A stretch of DNA of 64,000 nucleotides, taken from positions 352,001 through 416,000 of the forward strand of contig CAVYGB010000002.1 in assembly GCA_963767925.1 (NCBI GenBank). The letters are read 5' to 3'. How positions within the stretch are numbered: position 1 is the first letter of the stretch; every line of letters begins with the position of its first letter. The notes beneath the pieces were generated by a model. It saw only the letters and a program-made list of their open reading frames with translations. It did no database searches and was not told the DNA's origin. Below are positions 61,250-64,000 of the stretch, piece after piece. Origin of the DNA: an uncultured delta proteobacterium (GTDB lineage Bacteria; Myxococcota_A; Polyangia; Fen-1088). The translations under genes were made by a program, and so were the position numbers.

Positions 61250-64000
61250 ATGCAATGGCTCGCCAGCGTCAGCGTGCGCCGCCCCGTGTTCGCCACCGTG
61301 ATGGTCCTCGGCATCTGCGTCCTCGGCCTGGCCGGGTACAGCCAGCTCGGGGTCGATCGCTTCCCCCGCATCGATGCCCCCTTCATCACGGTCAACACCC
61401 GCCTGCCGGGCGCGGCCCCCGAGGAGGTCGAGACCGAGGTCACCGACAAGCTGGAAGAGACGCTGAACACCATCAGCGGCATCGACGAGCTGCGCTCGGT
61501 GTCGAGCGAGGGGATCTCCCTCGTCTTCCTGAGCTTCAAGCTCGACAAGGACGTCAACGTCGCCGCCCAGGAGGTGCGCGACAAGGTGAACCTGGCGCTG
61601 CCCCGCCTGCCCCGGGACATCGAGCAGCCGACGGTCATGCGCATCGACCCCTCCGCCACCCCCGCCCTGTTCATCGCGGTCAACGGCGCGCTGTCGATCC
61701 GGGAGATGACCGAGGTGGCCGACAAGATCGTCCGCCGTCAGATCGAGAACGTCAGCGGCGTCGGCGAGGTGGTCCTGCTGGGCGGACGCGACCGGCAGGT
61801 GAACGTCTGGATCGACCCCCTCAAGCTGCGGGCCTTCGGCCTGACCGCCTCCGACGTGCAGCGGGCCGTCGCCAGCCAGAACCTCAGCCTGCCCGCCGGC
61901 TCGCTGCAGGCGGGCCAGGGGCAGCAGACCCTGCGCCTGCGCGGCCGCGTCGCAGAGCCCGCAGGAGCTCGGGGAACCTGGTGCTGCGCAACCAGGACGG
62001 CCGGCTGGTGCGGGTGGCCGACGTGGCCCGCATCGAGGACGGGCAGGAGGAGGGCGCAGACCCTGGCCATGCGCAACGGCGAGCCGGCGGTGGTGCTGTC
62101 GGTCAAGCAAGCAGGCCGACGCCAACACGGTGTCGGTCGTCGACGCCGTCCGCGAGCGGATGGCCGACATGGTCCCCCTGCTGCCGGCGGGCGTGACCCT
62201 GGAGGTCGTCCGCGACAACTCCGAGACCATCCGCACCAGCATCAGCGCGGTCACCGAGCACCTGGTGCTGGGCGCCATCTTCGCCGCGCTCATCGTGCTG
62301 CTGTTCCTGGGCCACCTGCGCAGCACCATGATCGCCGCGCTGGCCATCCCCATCTCGCTCGTCGGCACCTTCGCCCTGATGTGGATCCAGGGCTTCACCC
62401 TCAACACCATCACGCTGCTGGCGCTGGCGCTGGCGGTCGGCATCGTCATCGACGACGCCATCGTCGTGCTGGAGAACATCTTCCGCTACGTGCACGACAA
62501 GAAGCTGGCCCCCCGCCAGGCGGCGGTCGTCGCCACCAAGGAGATCGGGCTGGCCGTGCTGGCGACCACCCTGTCGCTGCTGGCGGTGTTCCTGCCGGTC
62601 GCCTTCATGGGCGGCATCGTGGGGCGCTTCCTGCAGAGCTTCGGCCTCACGATGGCCTTCGCCATCGCCATCTCGCTGTTCGTCAGCTTCACGCTGACGC
62701 CCATGCTGGCCGCAAGTGGCTAAGGCCGCCCGCCCGGTGGCCGAGGGGGAGCGGGCCCGGCGCAAGCCGGTGCTCGAGCGCATGGTCGACGGCTTCTATC
62801 AGCCGCTCGAGCGGGCCTACATGACGCTGCTGGCCTGGGTGATGCGCCACCGCTGGGTGGTGGTGCTGGCCGCCGGTGCTGACCCTGGTCGCCACCGTGC
62901 CGCTGATGGGGGCGGTCAAGAAGGGCTTTCTTGCCCGAGAGCGACGAGGCCCACTTCGAGATCAACCTGCGCGCCCCCGAGGGGACCAACCTCGAGGCGA
63001 CCGGCATCATCGCCGAGCGCATCGCCCGCGAGGTGCAGCAAGATCCCCGGCGTGCAGTTCACCCTCACCACCATCGGCGACAACGCCCAGCGCTCGCCCA
63101 ACGTGGGCAACATCTACGTCAAGCTCAGCGACCCCACCGCGCGGGAGGAGTCGCAGGAGCGTGCTGATGGAGCGCGTGCGCCAGGAGGTGCTGACCCAGG
63201 AAGCCGGCCGACCTGAAGGCCGACGTCTCGCTGGTGCCCATCATGTCGGGCGGCCTGGCCCAGGCGATGATCATGTACGACCTGTCGGGGCCGGATCTGC
63301 AGGAGCTGGAGCGCTACTCCGAGCGGATCGTCGCCTCGATGAAGAAGATCCCCGGCGCGGTCGACGTCAGCAGCACGCTGGTGACCGGCAAGCCCGAGGT
63401 GGCGGTGCAGATCGACCGGGAGCGGGCCGCCGACCTCGGCGTGTCGGTGGCCGACGTGGCCTCGGCCCTGCAGCTGCTGGTGGGCGGCGATGAAGGTGTC
63501 GACCTACGAGGAGGCGGGGCAGCAGATCGAGGTGCGGGCCCGCGCCGAGCGGCAGTTCCGGGCCGACGCCGACGGCCTGCGCGTCCTCACCGTCCCCTCG
63601 ACCAGGCTGGGCACGGTGCCCCTGACCGACATCGTCACGCTGGAGACGGGCGACGGCCCCGCCCAGATCAACCGCCTCAACCGGCGCCGGCAGGTGACCT
63701 TCATGGCCAACGTCGTCGCCCGGCTTCTCCGAGGCGGCGGTGCTGGACGGGGTCAAGGCGGCCGTCGCCGCCGAGAAGATGCCCGCCGGCTACATCGCCA
63801 TGCCGATGGGCCGCTCCAAGGAGATGGCCAAGGCCGGGCAAGGCCTTCCTGCTCGCCTTCCTGCTGGCCATCGTCTTCATGTACCTGATCCTGGCGGCGC
63901 AGTTCGAGTCCTGGCTGCACCCGGTGACCATCCTGCTGGCCCTGCCGCTGACCCTGCCGTTCGCCATCCTGTCGCTCATCCTGCTCGGGCAGTCGCTCAA
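61250..64000 (+). CDS. RND efflux permease (AcrB/AcrD/AcrF family), frameshifted, runs off window
   Basis: [64 protein letters not shown]. Confidence 0.92.

Noticed and set aside
61960..64000. RND permease split into several genes
   Set aside because: Fragments are colinear pieces of one AcrB-type protein separated by single-base indels

Overview
Very GC-rich bacterial window with myxobacterial (Myxococcota-like) gene content: many Pro/Cys-rich lipoproteins, a DUF1592/DUF1552 pair, an AgmX/TonB-C-like protein and a MYXO-CTERM-like tail. Taxonomy is inferred from protein types only. Main loci: (i) an MCP running off the left edge; (ii) a gingipain-like C25 protein; (iii) a CHASE3 hybrid kinase-cheR-cheB-kinase cluster; (iv) a co-oriented block of vWA lipoprotein, metzincin, ECF sigma, FecR anti-sigma and a ~1310-aa lipoprotein with 15 EGF-like repeats; (v) ohrR-ohr, preceded by a 23-bp x9 array; (vi) an atypical pel exopolysaccharide operon (pelA-B-D-E-F-G plus a stand-alone GH114) with no pelC and an apparently degenerate PelA hydrolase domain; (vii) a GH8 lacking the usual catalytic Glu; (viii) a TolC-HK-sigma54 regulator operon divergent from an RND pump. 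The window also has a REP/REPIN-like palindrome family, tandem arrays starting at stop codons and several gene remnants. Three conserved regions (18.2-21.3 kb, 34.2-40.3 kb, 61.9-64 kb) carry many single-base frameshifts that look like consensus errors. No rRNA, tRNA, CRISPR array or transposase was recognised. Family assignments come from motifs recognised by eye; no database was searched.
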